Of a stretch of 64,000 nucleotides of DNA, positions 1 through 10,282 are shown piece by piece. The notes beneath the pieces are model-generated. The model saw nothing but the letters and a program-made list of their open reading frames with translations. It was not told the origin of the DNA and searched no databases. Source of the stretch: Candidatus Poribacteria bacterium (GTDB taxonomy: Bacteria; Poribacteria; WGA-4E; PCPOR2b). Position 1 is the first letter of the stretch; each line of letters starts with the position of its first letter. The stretch is from contig OZ244587.1 of assembly GCA_965218095.1 (NCBI GenBank), forward strand, positions 3,392,001-3,456,000, in the 5' to 3' direction. Both the position numbers and the translations under genes were made by a program.

Positions 1-241
1 CGAAACTAACTGGCACCGCTTCTGCGCCAAGGACCTCAAGCTGGTGGGGAGTTGGGGCATTACCGCCAACGACCTCCCGTTGGGAATCGACACCCTTGAC
101 CGCGCCCGAGCCCGCTATCCCTGGCGTCGGATGCAGACCGAGTTTCCCTTCACCGAAGCGGGAGTAACGGCGGCGGTGCAGAGCGCCCTGGAGATGCGGT
201 GCGTCAAGGCCACGATTGTGCCGAATGAAGGTATCGGCTGA
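1..241 (+). CDS. 3' end of a probable zinc-binding dehydrogenase (5' part outside window)
   Basis: Frame open from the window edge; ...DLKLVGSWG...FPFTEAGVTAAVQSALEMRCVKATIVP resembles an MDR-family C-terminus. Confidence 0.55.
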   Translation, partial: ETNWHRFCAKDLKLVGSWGITANDLPLGIDTLDRARARYPWRRMQTEFPFTEAGVTAAVQSALEMRCVKATIVPNEGIG

Positions 242-369
242 CGCCAACCAATTAGGGGAAAATGATGAGTGACGAGTGATGAGCGATAAACGCCGTCGCT
301 TCTCACTTGTCACTCATTATGTCCAATAGGTTATGGGTAAAACTATGCGAAAACTTGCCGTCTGGGCGC

Positions 370-2421
370 TTAACTGGCATTTTCATTCGCATACTGATCC
401 CGCAGAACGCGGCGCATGACCTTGTTGGATGCGGTGCGAGGGAGAGCGTCAACGATAACGAAGTCGTGAATCCTGAAAAGCGGGTTGAGATGTTCCCGAA
501 TCGCCGTTTGTAACGAAGTCATCAAGGCTTCCTTTGTCGTATCCACATCTGGCACAAGTATAGCATAAATCACCAGTTGGCTGGGTCCCCCGTCCGGGGG
601 AGACACCGCAATAGCCGCAGTTTCGCGGATGCCGCTGACGGAATTGAGTGTCTGTTCGATTTCCGCTGAACTGACTTTAATCCCACCGAGATTCATCGTG
701 TCATCCACGCGTCCGTGGATGCGGTAGTAGCCGCCGTTCAACCGCTCGACCTGATCGCCGTGGCGGCGGAGGGGCAGCGTCCCCGGCAGTTGGGGCGTTC
801 CGTCGAAATACACCTCATAATGGTCTCTGTTCAGCAACTCGGTGGAGAGGCCAATGGAGGGCGGTATGACAAATACCTCTCCGTTATCAGTCGGCTGACC
901 GCCCTCATCGCAGATGACCAGATCCAATCCCAATGCCGGCGTCGTAAACGTTGCCGGGGCAGCAGGCTGGACTGTCGTGCCGGTGAGATAACCGCCGCCA
1001 ATCTCGGTGCCGCCGCAATACTCAATAATGGGGCGGTATCCCGCCAGGGACATCAGAAACAGCATGTCTTCCGGGTTGGAACATTCGCCTGTAGAACTAA
1101 AGGCTTTGACGGCGCTCCAGTCGAGTTCCTTCATACATTCCGTGTTTTTCCATGCTCTCACCAGACTCGGCATCACGCCAAGCATCGTGACGCGAGTGTT
1201 CTGGACAAACTCGCCAAATTCCCTTCCGATCGGCGCGCCGTTATATAGCGCCATCGTTGCCTGATTGATCAAACTGGCGTAGATAAGCCATGGCCCCATC
1301 ATCCATCCTAGATTCGTTGGCCACGCCAACACATCGCCCGGTTGAATATCATGATGCAGATGCGCATCTACTGCGCATTTAATCGGCGTGGTCTGCGTCC
1401 ACGGAATCGCTTTGGGTTCTCCGGTGGTTCCCGAAGAGAACAGAATGTTCGTGTGCTCATGCGGGTGACGGGCAACTGAGTCAAACTGATCATTATCGCT
1501 GAGAAACCCTTCCCAAGTCAAATCGCCCTCTCGCAACTCAACCGATAGCTCGCCCTTGCAGGAAAGCACAACCGCCTTTGGTGCATTGGCGTCAACGACC
1601 TTCGCATATAACGGCAACTGTTTTCCAGCACGACGGATAGAGTCCTGAGTGAAAATCCCTTTCGCATTTGCGATGCGCAGACGCATCTGGATCTCATCTG
1701 GCGCGAAACTATCGGCAATCGAAATCACGGCACCGCCCGCTTTGATGATTCCCAGATAGATGGGGACCGATTCGGCGTGCATCGGCATATCAACAGCGAT
1801 AGCATCGCCCGGCTGGAAACCGGCCTCCGTCAATCCATTGGCAACCCGATTTGTCAGTGCGTTGAGTTCGTCGTAGGTCATCGTCGAAAGCGTCGAACCT
1901 TCTGACCGAAACACAATTGCGGTGGCATCACTTGGCGCGTTAAAACAACTCTCGACGATGTTGAACCGTGCGTCCACGAGCCACTTGGGGAACTCAGCCC
2001 CCTGAGACAGATCAAGCACCTCGCGGAATTCCTGATGGAATTGAATCCCAAGCTGCTCAATCATCAACTCCCAAAAATCGGTGCGATGGTGTACCGACCA
2101 TGAATGGAGTGCCTCGTAAGAATCGAGATTTCGCTCCCGCATCACCGCCGAAACGTTTGTTTTCTCAACTTCATCTTCAGCCGGAAACCAAGCGGGTGCA
2201 GCGCCTTGTGCGCCATCCCAATCGGCAAAAACGGTTTTGTGCAGGAATTGGTGCAGCGGAAATGGGTGATCGGGGGTTAAAATTGTTTGCGAAATTCTTC
2301 GCCAACAGGCTGTGGCTGGAAGCGATGCGAGTAATGGATTGATACACTTTAGCAGGCGCTCCGATGTCGATTTGTCCAATCCGCATTCGGTGAGGTTTTC
2401 ACACGTCAGTTTCTTTGCCAT
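370..2421 (-). CDS. AMP-binding acyl-CoA synthetase (acetyl-CoA synthetase-like)
   Basis: ILFSSGTTGEPK AMP-binding motif, YCGGTE, GRVDD, LPRTASNKVMRR; start moved to MAKK. Confidence 0.9.
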   Translation of the reverse strand: MAKKLTCENLTECGLDKSTSERLLKCINPLLASLPATACWRRISQTILTPDHPFPLHQFLHKTVFADWDGAQGAAPAWFPAEDEVEKTNVSAVMRERNLDSYEALHSWSVHHRTDFWELMIEQLGIQFHQEFREVLDLSQGAEFPKWLVDARFNIVESCFNAPSDATAIVFRSEGSTLSTMTYDELNALTNRVANGLTEAGFQPGDAIAVDMPMHAESVPIYLGIIKAGGAVISIADSFAPDEIQMRLRIANAKGIFTQDSIRRAGKQLPLYAKVVDANAPKAVVLSCKGELSVELREGDLTWEGFLSDNDQFDSVARHPHEHTNILFSSGTTGEPKAIPWTQTTPIKCAVDAHLHHDIQPGDVLAWPTNLGWMMGPWLIYASLINQATMALYNGAPIGREFGEFVQNTRVTMLGVMPSLVRAWKNTECMKELDWSAVKAFSSTGECSNPEDMLFLMSLAGYRPIIEYCGGTEIGGGYLTGTTVQPAAPATFTTPALGLDLVICDEGGQPTDNGEVFVIPPSIGLSTELLNRDHYEVYFDGTPQLPGTLPLRRHGDQVERLNGGYYRIHGRVDDTMNLGGIKVSSAEIEQTLNSVSGIRETAAIAVSPPDGGPSQLVIYAILVPDVDTTKEALMTSLQTAIREHLNPLFRIHDFVIVDALPRTASNKVMRRVLRDQYANENAS

Positions 2422-2596
2422 CAAAGGGGACCTCCTATAAATTGCTAACGCCGACATTTTAGCAGAAAGTCGGGTTGAAAGCAACATATCCGCACTTGAT
2501 TGTTGCGTCCGCCCGTGATAGAATACGATAAATTTGGCAAGCGAATAAAATCCGCATCGGATTTAGCCAACACCCCATGTATAGAGGATAGTATCC

Positions 2597-3394
2597 ATGC
2601 CCCAAAGTCAATTTCTCAAAATTGCTTTAGAAGCCGCTCACAACGCGGAAGAAGTTATATTAAAGTATTATGCCGATTCCATTCGGGTCGAATTCAAGCC
2701 GGATGCAACACCCGTTACCATTGCAGATAGAGAGGCAGAGCGAGTCATCATCGAAACCATTCAGCGTGCGTTTCCCGACCACGGTTTTTTAGGAGAGGAA
2801 TCCGGTGATACCCACTCCGAATCCGGGTATCGGTGGATTATTGACCCGATCGATGGGACGAAGAATTACATCCGCAAAATCCCCCTGTTTGCCACACAGA
2901 TAGCTCTCATGAAAGATGGGGAGCGCATTTTGGGGGTTTCCAATTCGCCGCTGATTAAAGAGTTGCTTTATGCAGAGCGTGGTGCGGGAGCATTTATGAA
3001 CGGTCAGCCGATTCGTGTGAGCGAAGTAGCAGAAGTGTCCGATGCCATGATTTGCCACGGCGGCCTTGATTGGTTCGATTCAATAGGAATGCAGACGAAT
3101 ATCTGGAAACTGATAACCGACTCAAGTCGATCGCGCGGCTTCGGTGATTTCTACATTTTCCACACGCTTGCTTCCGGGCGGACGGATATCGCGGTGGAGG
3201 GTGGCCACTTGATGGCTTGGGATATTGCCGCTTTGGCGGTCATCATTGAGGAGGCAGGGGGCAAAATTACGGACATGGGGCGGAATGCGCTAACTCTCAG
3301 TCCATCGCCGGTCATCGCAACAAATGGTGTGTTACATGAACAGGTGTTAGACTATTTTAGAGACGTAACCTCAGATACGAACAACGCAACCTAA
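2597..3394 (+). CDS. Inositol monophosphatase family protein (HisN-like histidinol-phosphatase)
   Basis: PVTIADREAE, GEE, WIIDPIDGTKNY and WDIAAL motifs. Confidence 0.88.
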   Translation: MPQSQFLKIALEAAHNAEEVILKYYADSIRVEFKPDATPVTIADREAERVIIETIQRAFPDHGFLGEESGDTHSESGYRWIIDPIDGTKNYIRKIPLFATQIALMKDGERILGVSNSPLIKELLYAERGAGAFMNGQPIRVSEVAEVSDAMICHGGLDWFDSIGMQTNIWKLITDSSRSRGFGDFYIFHTLASGRTDIAVEGGHLMAWDIAALAVIIEEAGGKITDMGRNALTLSPSPVIATNGVLHEQVLDYFRDVTSDTNNAT

Positions 3395-3404
3395 CATCCA
3401 AGCT

Positions 3405-4103
3405 CTATCCGACTGTCTGACTGTCTTCCAACATGCCTAACGCCGACCGCCCAATCGGGAGAAGCCCAAACTCTTGTCCCGCCTCCACCATGGTATCCCA
3501 AATGTATGCCCCCAGCGATTGTGCGCCGATGATGGAAAAGGTGGGGAGTTCATCAATGTCCCGGCGGATGATCAACTGTGCCGTCTTGACGAGGCTGCTC
3601 TGTTTCGCTGCTCCGTCCGGAAACGCCATGGGGTGAAAATCCAGCCCACACACCTTGCTCAAGAGTTCTTGGCTGGCGGGACCAATCACCCGGATTTCTG
3701 ACCATCCGTGGGTGATATCTGTGACCGTGACAAATTGTTCGGATTTTTCCACTGTTGTCGTCAACTTCTTCCGTGCCGCAGTCTCTCCGCCGGGCGGTGT
3801 GCTGATGAAAAAGAAGTTGCTTCGCAAGCGATAGATTCGATTAAATCCTTCCCCAATCGCGAGTGTAGGTACATCGAAGGCTGCGCTCAAGACGGATTCA
3901 GCCCCATCCCCCTCGATTGTCAGTTTGCCATTTGGGCTCTCGTCAGCTAGGACGACACCCTCCCGGGCGGCAGTGATTTCATCCTCCAGCGTAGTATAGA
4001 CCTCCGGGATGCGCCATCGGCGTTGTTCGGTGAATTGCGCACCGAGGCGTTGGGCGATTGTGTGCAGGGGCGTCAATTTGATGGGTTTGTTGGAGGTGCT
4101 CAC
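3405..4103 (-). CDS. Sarcosine oxidase gamma-subunit-like / GcvT N-terminal domain protein
   Basis: TPLH, IRVIGPASQELLSKVCGLDFHP; last gene of the sox operon. Confidence 0.75.
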   Translation of the reverse strand: MSTSNKPIKLTPLHTIAQRLGAQFTEQRRWRIPEVYTTLEDEITAAREGVVLADESPNGKLTIEGDGAESVLSAAFDVPTLAIGEGFNRIYRLRSNFFFISTPPGGETAARKKLTTTVEKSEQFVTVTDITHGWSEIRVIGPASQELLSKVCGLDFHPMAFPDGAAKQSSLVKTAQLIIRRDIDELPTFSIIGAQSLGAYIWDTMVEAGQEFGLLPIGRSALGMLEDSQTVG

Positions 4104-7045
4104 ATTCGTAACCTTTCTCCGTCGGAGTCGTAAAAGGCGTCATGATGGACGCGGGCTTCCTCCAGGTTTCCGTTCATGCGAATTGTAAAGGAAGCGCCGT
4201 TTTGAGCGCCCAAATCTGCCGGCAGCCAACAGAGCCCAATCGCCTCCTCCAGGGTCGGGCTGAACCGACTGGAGGTGACCCAGCCGATGATCTCCGGTTT
4301 CCCGTTCGATCCAGGCTCGACGATCTGCAGCCCTTCATCGGGGACAGCGTCGGGATTAGCCGTTTTGAATCCCACCAGAAGTTGCTTGGGACCTTCGGCG
4401 GAAATCCGCATCAGGGACAGTTTCCCAAGGAAATCGGGCTTGTTCAGCTTTACCGCCCATTCCATATTGGCGGAAAGTGGGTCAGACATGGCGTCGGTGT
4501 CCTGTCCAACGATGATGTGCGCTTTTTCCAGTCTTAGTATACGTTGCGTCTCCACGCCAAACGGGACAATACCAAACTCTCTGCCGGCGTCCATCAGCGC
4601 CTCCCATACATGGAGGGCGTAACCGGACGGACAGTGGATTTCGTAGGAGAGTTCGCCGGTGAAACCGATACGCAGCAATCGGCAGGGGACGCCCGCGACT
4701 TTTGCGGAGCGGATGCGCATGTACGGGAAGGCTTTGTTGTCAAGGTTGCGTTCAGTCAATTTGTTCAACACCTCCCGTGACCGGGGCCCCGCCAAGTTGA
4801 AGGCAGAGTAGGTATCGGTCAGGTCGGTCAGATGGACGCCTTCGCCCCATCCGGATTGCAACCACCATTGCAGCCACTCAAACACAGCGGCCGCGCCGGT
4901 AGAGGTGGTGGTCATATACCACTCTTCGTCTTTCAGGTGAGCACAGACGCCATCGTTTATCACCACACCTTCGTCGTTGCACATCACGCCGTAGCGCACT
5001 CGCCCAACGCGAAGATTCCGCCACTGGTTGATGTAGATGCGTTCAAGCAGATCGGGGACGCCGGGACCGGTAAGCTGTAGTTTGCCCAGTGGGCTTACGT
5101 CGATTAACCCGACTCGTTTACGCACAGCCAGCGCTTCCACCGCTGGATCGCCATAGTAGTTGGGACGCAGCCACAGTCCAGCCACCATCATTTTCGCGCC
5201 CCGATCCAGATGCCACTCATGGATGGGGGTCACCTGCACCGGCTCCATGTTCTGTCCTGCTAGTGCGCCCAGCGTCACCGGCGTGGTGGGAGCACGCGCA
5301 GTCGTCGTGCCGGTTTCCTGCACCGTCCAACTATTAGCGCGCGCGCAGAGGTGGATGGTGTTCATCGAACACATCTTGCCCTGACATGGACCCATTGAAA
5401 TGGTACTGTACCGCTTGAGCAGTTCAACGCTGTCGTAGCCCTCTGCGGTGGCAGTTTCAAGGTCTTCGTCGGTGACATCTTCGCAATAGCATACGAACCG
5501 TTTCTTTTTTCCGGAGATTCTCACCCGATCGGAAGTACGACGAGGTTCGTGAAACGTGGAACGTGAAACGTGAAGGGGTTGATCTGTCGATTCGTTCGCA
5601 CTTCCCAAGCCGATAAAAGCAGCGGCGTTCAAGCCAGCCAGCCGTCCTTCGGAGATTTGCGCATCAACGGTGTGTGTCCCTGCTGCCCGTCCTGCCACAT
5701 AAAGCCCCGGCGGGGTGGACACCAGCAATATTTCCGCTCGTTCTTCGTTGTATTCCGATTTTCCACCTGCCATATAAACCAATTCAGTGGCAGGCGTCCA
5801 CCCCATGCTGGTCACAATCAGATCACATTTCAGCGACTGCGCCGTGGATGGGTCGATTTCGCCCCCGATAGAATCGGGACTCAAAGCAGCTTGTGCGTCA
5901 ATACGGGCAATCCTTGCGCCCTTTACCGAGCCGGCGCCGAGGGCTTCTAAGATGGTATGCCGATAGAAAACCGGAACCCCGGCATTAGCCAATCCATCCC
6001 TATAGGGGCTAGAGCAGGCATCCTGATCTCGTTCATCCACGATAGCTGCCACGTTCACCCCCAGCGCATGGAGGTCAGCAGCGATGTCCCAGCCATCGCC
6101 GTTGGCCGTCACAACCACAGCCTGTTTGCCGGGGACGACGCCATAGAGATGAATCAGACGCTGCACGGCGCTCCCCAACATCACGCCCGGCAGATCGTTG
6201 TTGTCGAAGATAAGCGGGGTTTCGTAGGCGCCAGTCGCTGTGACCAGCGATTTCGTTCTAATCTTGAACAGGCATGTCCCCCTGACGGCAGAAATCCAGT
6301 TGTCCTGGTACCAACCGAGGACAGCGGTATCGGTGAAGACCGTGACATTTGGCTGCTGATTGAGTGCTTCTAATAGATCAGGCAAGGGAGAGTGAAGGGG
6401 GAAGGTGAAGCGGAGGTGACCGCCCAGGTCCGGGTTCTCGTCAAAAAGCAACACTCGGGCACCCTCTTCGGCTGCTACGAGCGCCGCGCTTATTCCTGCC
6501 GGCCCGCCGCCGGTTACAACGACATCGGTATGCAGATACTGCTTGTCAAACTCGCCTGGGGGCGTTTCAATATCGACTTCGCCCAGTCCGGCGACATGAC
6601 GTAACGCACGCTCGTATAAGGGCCACAGCCGCTGGGGCCGAATGAAAGTCTTATAGTAAAAACCGACCGGCATAAAGCGAGTTCCCATTTGGGTCAGGGA
6701 CAGCAGATCCCGATTGAGCGAGGGCCAGACGTTCTGTGCTCGCACGTTCATGCCTGCGTTGACCGGTCTGGTACAGGCGCGGACGTTTGGTTCATCACCG
6801 ATTTGTACTAGGCAGTTGGGGCAGTGTCCAGCGCAACAGAGCAACCCACGCGGACGGTGATATTTGAATGAGCGGCTCAACACTTTTACACCCGCCGCTG
6901 TCAGAGCTGAAGTGATAGTATCACCAGGGTGGGCGGTGTACTCCACCCCATCAAAAGTGAACCGAATCGTGGTAGAGCGATCGATGACCTCACCGGGTTT
7001 CGGGGGAAGCCGATTGGGTGTTGTTTTCGGTTGTTCAGTTTGCAT
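4100..7045 (-). CDS. soxA: Sarcosine oxidase alpha subunit family
   Basis: SRSFKYHRPRG, CCAGHCPNC 2Fe-2S, GGGPAG FAD motif, MGPCQGKMC, C-terminal GcvT-like domain. Confidence 0.92.
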   Translation of the reverse strand: MQTEQPKTTPNRLPPKPGEVIDRSTTIRFTFDGVEYTAHPGDTITSALTAAGVKVLSRSFKYHRPRGLLCCAGHCPNCLVQIGDEPNVRACTRPVNAGMNVRAQNVWPSLNRDLLSLTQMGTRFMPVGFYYKTFIRPQRLWPLYERALRHVAGLGEVDIETPPGEFDKQYLHTDVVVTGGGPAGISAALVAAEEGARVLLFDENPDLGGHLRFTFPLHSPLPDLLEALNQQPNVTVFTDTAVLGWYQDNWISAVRGTCLFKIRTKSLVTATGAYETPLIFDNNDLPGVMLGSAVQRLIHLYGVVPGKQAVVVTANGDGWDIAADLHALGVNVAAIVDERDQDACSSPYRDGLANAGVPVFYRHTILEALGAGSVKGARIARIDAQAALSPDSIGGEIDPSTAQSLKCDLIVTSMGWTPATELVYMAGGKSEYNEERAEILLVSTPPGLYVAGRAAGTHTVDAQISEGRLAGLNAAAFIGLGSANESTDQPLHVSRSTFHEPRRTSDRVRISGKKKRFVCYCEDVTDEDLETATAEGYDSVELLKRYSTISMGPCQGKMCSMNTIHLCARANSWTVQETGTTTARAPTTPVTLGALAGQNMEPVQVTPIHEWHLDRGAKMMVAGLWLRPNYYGDPAVEALAVRKRVGLIDVSPLGKLQLTGPGVPDLLERIYINQWRNLRVGRVRYGVMCNDEGVVINDGVCAHLKDEEWYMTTTSTGAAAVFEWLQWWLQSGWGEGVHLTDLTDTYSAFNLAGPRSREVLNKLTERNLDNKAFPYMRIRSAKVAGVPCRLLRIGFTGELSYEIHCPSGYALHVWEALMDAGREFGIVPFGVETQRILRLEKAHIIVGQDTDAMSDPLSANMEWAVKLNKPDFLGKLSLMRISAEGPKQLLVGFKTANPDAVPDEGLQIVEPGSNGKPEIIGWVTSSRFSPTLEEAIGLCWLPADLGAQNGASFTIRMNGNLEEARVHHDAFYDSDGERLRM

Positions 7046-7130
7046 TTTTAAGTGGTGAATTGTCTGCTGTATTTCTCCAGTTACCGCACCGGATAGGAAA
7101 TGATGAAATGGGGAGATGACGCATCACGTT

Positions 7131-7397
7131 TCACGCATCACGTTTCACGTAAAGGTAAGTCTTTATCACCTCATTTGTCCGTGTATGCCGATCGGCCAAA
7201 AACCAGAGGCAGCAGCCGGACTCGTGATACCACCACTCCGTTTGCATGCCCATGGTGTTATTACGCAGATAGAGGTAGTCTGCTAACTCCGCATCGCTAG
7301 GAGCCGTGAGTTCTTTGGGACGCGGGTTGTATTCTCCGCCAAAACGGAACTCGCTGACGTTTCGAGACCCACAGTTGGGACAGGTTAAAAGTAGCAT
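7131..7397 (-). CDS. soxD: Sarcosine oxidase delta subunit
   Basis: CPNCG...EF.FGGE...EWWYHESGC Zn-binding pattern. Confidence 0.9.
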   Translation of the reverse strand: MLLLTCPNCGSRNVSEFRFGGEYNPRPKELTAPSDAELADYLYLRNNTMGMQTEWWYHESGCCLWFLADRHTRTNEVIKTYLYVKRDA

Positions 7398-7436
7398 GAG
7401 TCACTCCTATGCACGGATTACCCAATTAAGTCTAAG

Positions 7437-8654
7437 TCAAAGGTAATGAGGTTTTTGGGCTGATACCAAAAATTCATAAAGTTCTTTCTTTGAATTTCGT
7501 TTACGTAACGTATCTATCTTGACCGAAGTAAATCCATGCTGCTGCAATAGGCTCGCATAGATTGCCTCCACCGGAACTAACGTCTCGTAGAACTTGGAAT
7601 TGCCTACGACATAAAAAACGGCGCCGCCCTCAGTGAGTTGGGGATAGACAGATTCGATGTGCATTGCAATGTCAACGAAATACTTATGAACATAGTTCGC
7701 CAAAACCTGGCTTTCTTTGGCAATTGAATGAATCATCAACTCAAATCCGGGATAATCGATCCGTATCTCAGACGGTTTCCACTTTCCCACCCGGCTTGTT
7801 GCGATTCCCCACGTTCCGCCAATTGCCTGCCAGTCAAGCTCTCCCGCGTCGCGGGCCTCCGAAAGGTAGCCTAGCCAATACATATAAGGTCTCAGTTCAC
7901 GAATATAACTCATTCGGTTTGGATACGGCGGTGAGGTGATTACGCAATCATAGCGCCTGTCACTGAGTTTTTGAACGTGCCGTGAGTCAGCCACAGCTAC
8001 TCGAACCTGTCCCTTGAGGGCATGGCTGGCAGATTCAATGACCTCTTCGACGCTCCTGGCGAAGTGCGCTAAAAGGAAATCGTCAAAATTCTCATCAAAC
8101 TGAAGTTGCTGGGAATCACCCTTAAAAGACATTGACTGATGATTGAAAGCTGCGTTTGACCATTGGATCACAACACGGCAAAAGGCGACGAGTAGCAAAT
8201 CCTTCGCTGGCACGCTGTCTGGAAACAGATGATGGAGTGCTTGATAAATGCGAGCGAGAAGCAACCGCCGCCCTTCTGACCACCATCGTTCAATATTCTG
8301 AATCGGCGGCAACCAGAGACCATCATCGCTATTTCTCCTTGCCTCATCAAGGGTTCTCTTTGCTGCGGCTTGTACTTCCAGCAGTTGAGTGGCAGTATAA
8401 TTTTGGGTTTTGACGCGAGCTAACCAGACCAAGAACGGGTTTATATCCAGCAAATCACATTCTAACCCACGCTCGCGACAGACGAGACCTGTTGTGCCCG
8501 TTCCAGAAAACGGATCGAGCACATACCCAACCGATGAATACTCCTCCAGAATTTTATGGACCACTTTAATAGAATAGGCTGGCGTCAGCCGGAGCCATCC
8601 ATGCCTGCCGTTTTTTAAGTTGTGCCTAAAGGTTAGATCCGTCCTCTGTTTCAT
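7437..8654 (-). CDS. DNA methyltransferase (N4-C/N6-A type)
   Basis: VLDPFSGTGTT SAM-binding motif and ITSPPY catalytic motif; probable start MKQRTD. Confidence 0.88.
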   Translation of the reverse strand: MKQRTDLTFRHNLKNGRHGWLRLTPAYSIKVVHKILEEYSSVGYVLDPFSGTGTTGLVCRERGLECDLLDINPFLVWLARVKTQNYTATQLLEVQAAAKRTLDEARRNSDDGLWLPPIQNIERWWSEGRRLLLARIYQALHHLFPDSVPAKDLLLVAFCRVVIQWSNAAFNHQSMSFKGDSQQLQFDENFDDFLLAHFARSVEEVIESASHALKGQVRVAVADSRHVQKLSDRRYDCVITSPPYPNRMSYIRELRPYMYWLGYLSEARDAGELDWQAIGGTWGIATSRVGKWKPSEIRIDYPGFELMIHSIAKESQVLANYVHKYFVDIAMHIESVYPQLTEGGAVFYVVGNSKFYETLVPVEAIYASLLQQHGFTSVKIDTLRKRNSKKELYEFLVSAQKPHYL

Positions 8655-8976
8655 TTCTCGTTCCCAAGAGCGTTTGAGAGATGGTCGAATCAATATCAAG
8701 GTAATCCGCAACCTGATACAGCCAATCAGAAACCCGCTCCTTTTGAGTCTCGTTACCAAGTGAAGCCAACTCGATACGCCCATCGAGCGATAACGTCCGC
8801 GTGCGTCCTGATAGTGTCTGAACCTGATAGGACCACTTCGCTTGGTTTTCGGTTAAGCCCAAATCGTATAGACTTTGAAAATCTTCCAAAGCGACATTTT
8901 TACCCGTCCCCAACTTCGGTCTATAGTTCTTACAAACCCGTAACTGTGAGAAAGATGACCTAACGTAAATGCTCAA
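8626..8976 (-). pseudogene. Short ORF, probable deleted remnant of the restriction-endonuclease partner gene
   Basis: 116 aa, directly upstream of the MTase (YRPKLG...WSYQV...RTLSLDGRI); too short for a full REase; identity inferred. Confidence 0.45.
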
Positions 8977-10211
8977 TGCCCCACCGCTGCCGCGCCTTTC
9001 TCCCCGACCAAATCATGCTCTTCAAAACGTGAGAGGCGGAAGGGGGCGATAAGGTCCGGGGTTTTGCCGGTAGCAATCAATTCCGCCAACGTTTTCCCGG
9101 CGATGGGCGACGCCTTGAACCCGTAAGTTCCCCAACCGACATTGACCAGAAATCCCTCGACGGGTGTAAACCCCATAATCGGACTATAGTCGGGGGGCAT
9201 TTCACAAATCCCCGCCCATTGTCGCAGCACACGGACGTGGCTCAACGACGGAAAGAGCTCGAGGACATGCCCTGCAATGCCTTCGAGGAACGTGAGGGAG
9301 CCAGCCATTGAATAGGAGGAGAAAGGGTCTACGCTGGCGCCCATCACCAACTCGCCCCGATCGGTCTGGCTGATGTAGACGTGCAAGCTGCCGGAGACAA
9401 CGACCACGTCTAGGAAGGGCTTGAGCGGTTCGGTGACGCAGGCTTGTAAGGGAATGGTGGTCAGGGGCAACTTAACCCCCACCATCGCCGTAATCGTCGA
9501 AGCCCAACCGGCGGTTGCGTTGAGGACAGTTCCGGTTCTGATATGGCCGCAGGTCGTCTCAACGCCCGTGACTTTCCCGTTTTCCATCGAAAGTCCGGTG
9601 GCTTCCGTCTGCTGATGAATGTGGACGCCGCGCACGTCCGCCTGATGGGCATAGCCCCAGACGACCGCATCGTGGCGGATGATGCCGCCGGGAGGGTGAT
9701 AGAGCGCTGCCAGAATCGGATAGCGGGGATGGTCGCTCACGTCGAGATAGGGGCAGAGGCGCTTGATTTCATCAGGCCAGATTAGGCGTGAGTCTACGTC
9801 TTCGATCTGGTTGACCTCCGCCCGACGGCGCATGGTGCTGATGGCGCCGTCGGTATGGGCGAGGGTCAGGTGTCCCCGCTGACTAAACATCACATTGAAA
9901 TCGAGTTCTCCCGACAGTTGTTCGTAGAGCTTGACGCTCTCGTCGTAAAAGCGCACGCCTTCCGGGGTGAGGTAGTTGCTGCGGATAATGGCGGTGTTGC
10001 GCCCGCTTCCGCCGGCGCCGATGTAGTTTTTCTCCAGCACCGCCACATCGGTGACGCCGTGCTCTTTGGCGAGATAATAGGCGCAGGCGAGCCCATGCGC
10101 CCCCCCGCCGATGATGACGACATCGTAGCGTTCTTTCAGTTCATGCGACCGCCACATTCTCGGCGGCGGTCTGTGGCCATTGAAGGCTTGTCGGATGAGT
10201 TTGAGTGACAT
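8973..10211 (-). CDS. soxB: Sarcosine oxidase beta subunit
   Basis: IIGGGAHGLA, GGSGRNTAIIRSNY, GWGTYGFKA, ends GAAAVGH. Confidence 0.93.
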   Translation of the reverse strand: MSLKLIRQAFNGHRPPPRMWRSHELKERYDVVIIGGGAHGLACAYYLAKEHGVTDVAVLEKNYIGAGGSGRNTAIIRSNYLTPEGVRFYDESVKLYEQLSGELDFNVMFSQRGHLTLAHTDGAISTMRRRAEVNQIEDVDSRLIWPDEIKRLCPYLDVSDHPRYPILAALYHPPGGIIRHDAVVWGYAHQADVRGVHIHQQTEATGLSMENGKVTGVETTCGHIRTGTVLNATAGWASTITAMVGVKLPLTTIPLQACVTEPLKPFLDVVVVSGSLHVYISQTDRGELVMGASVDPFSSYSMAGSLTFLEGIAGHVLELFPSLSHVRVLRQWAGICEMPPDYSPIMGFTPVEGFLVNVGWGTYGFKASPIAGKTLAELIATGKTPDLIAPFRLSRFEEHDLVGEKGAAAVGH

Positions 10212-10282
10212 TTATTTTCCGTAAAACGTGATGCGTAAAACGTAAGATAATTCAGACAGGGGCGAAGTTAGAACAGACTTAT

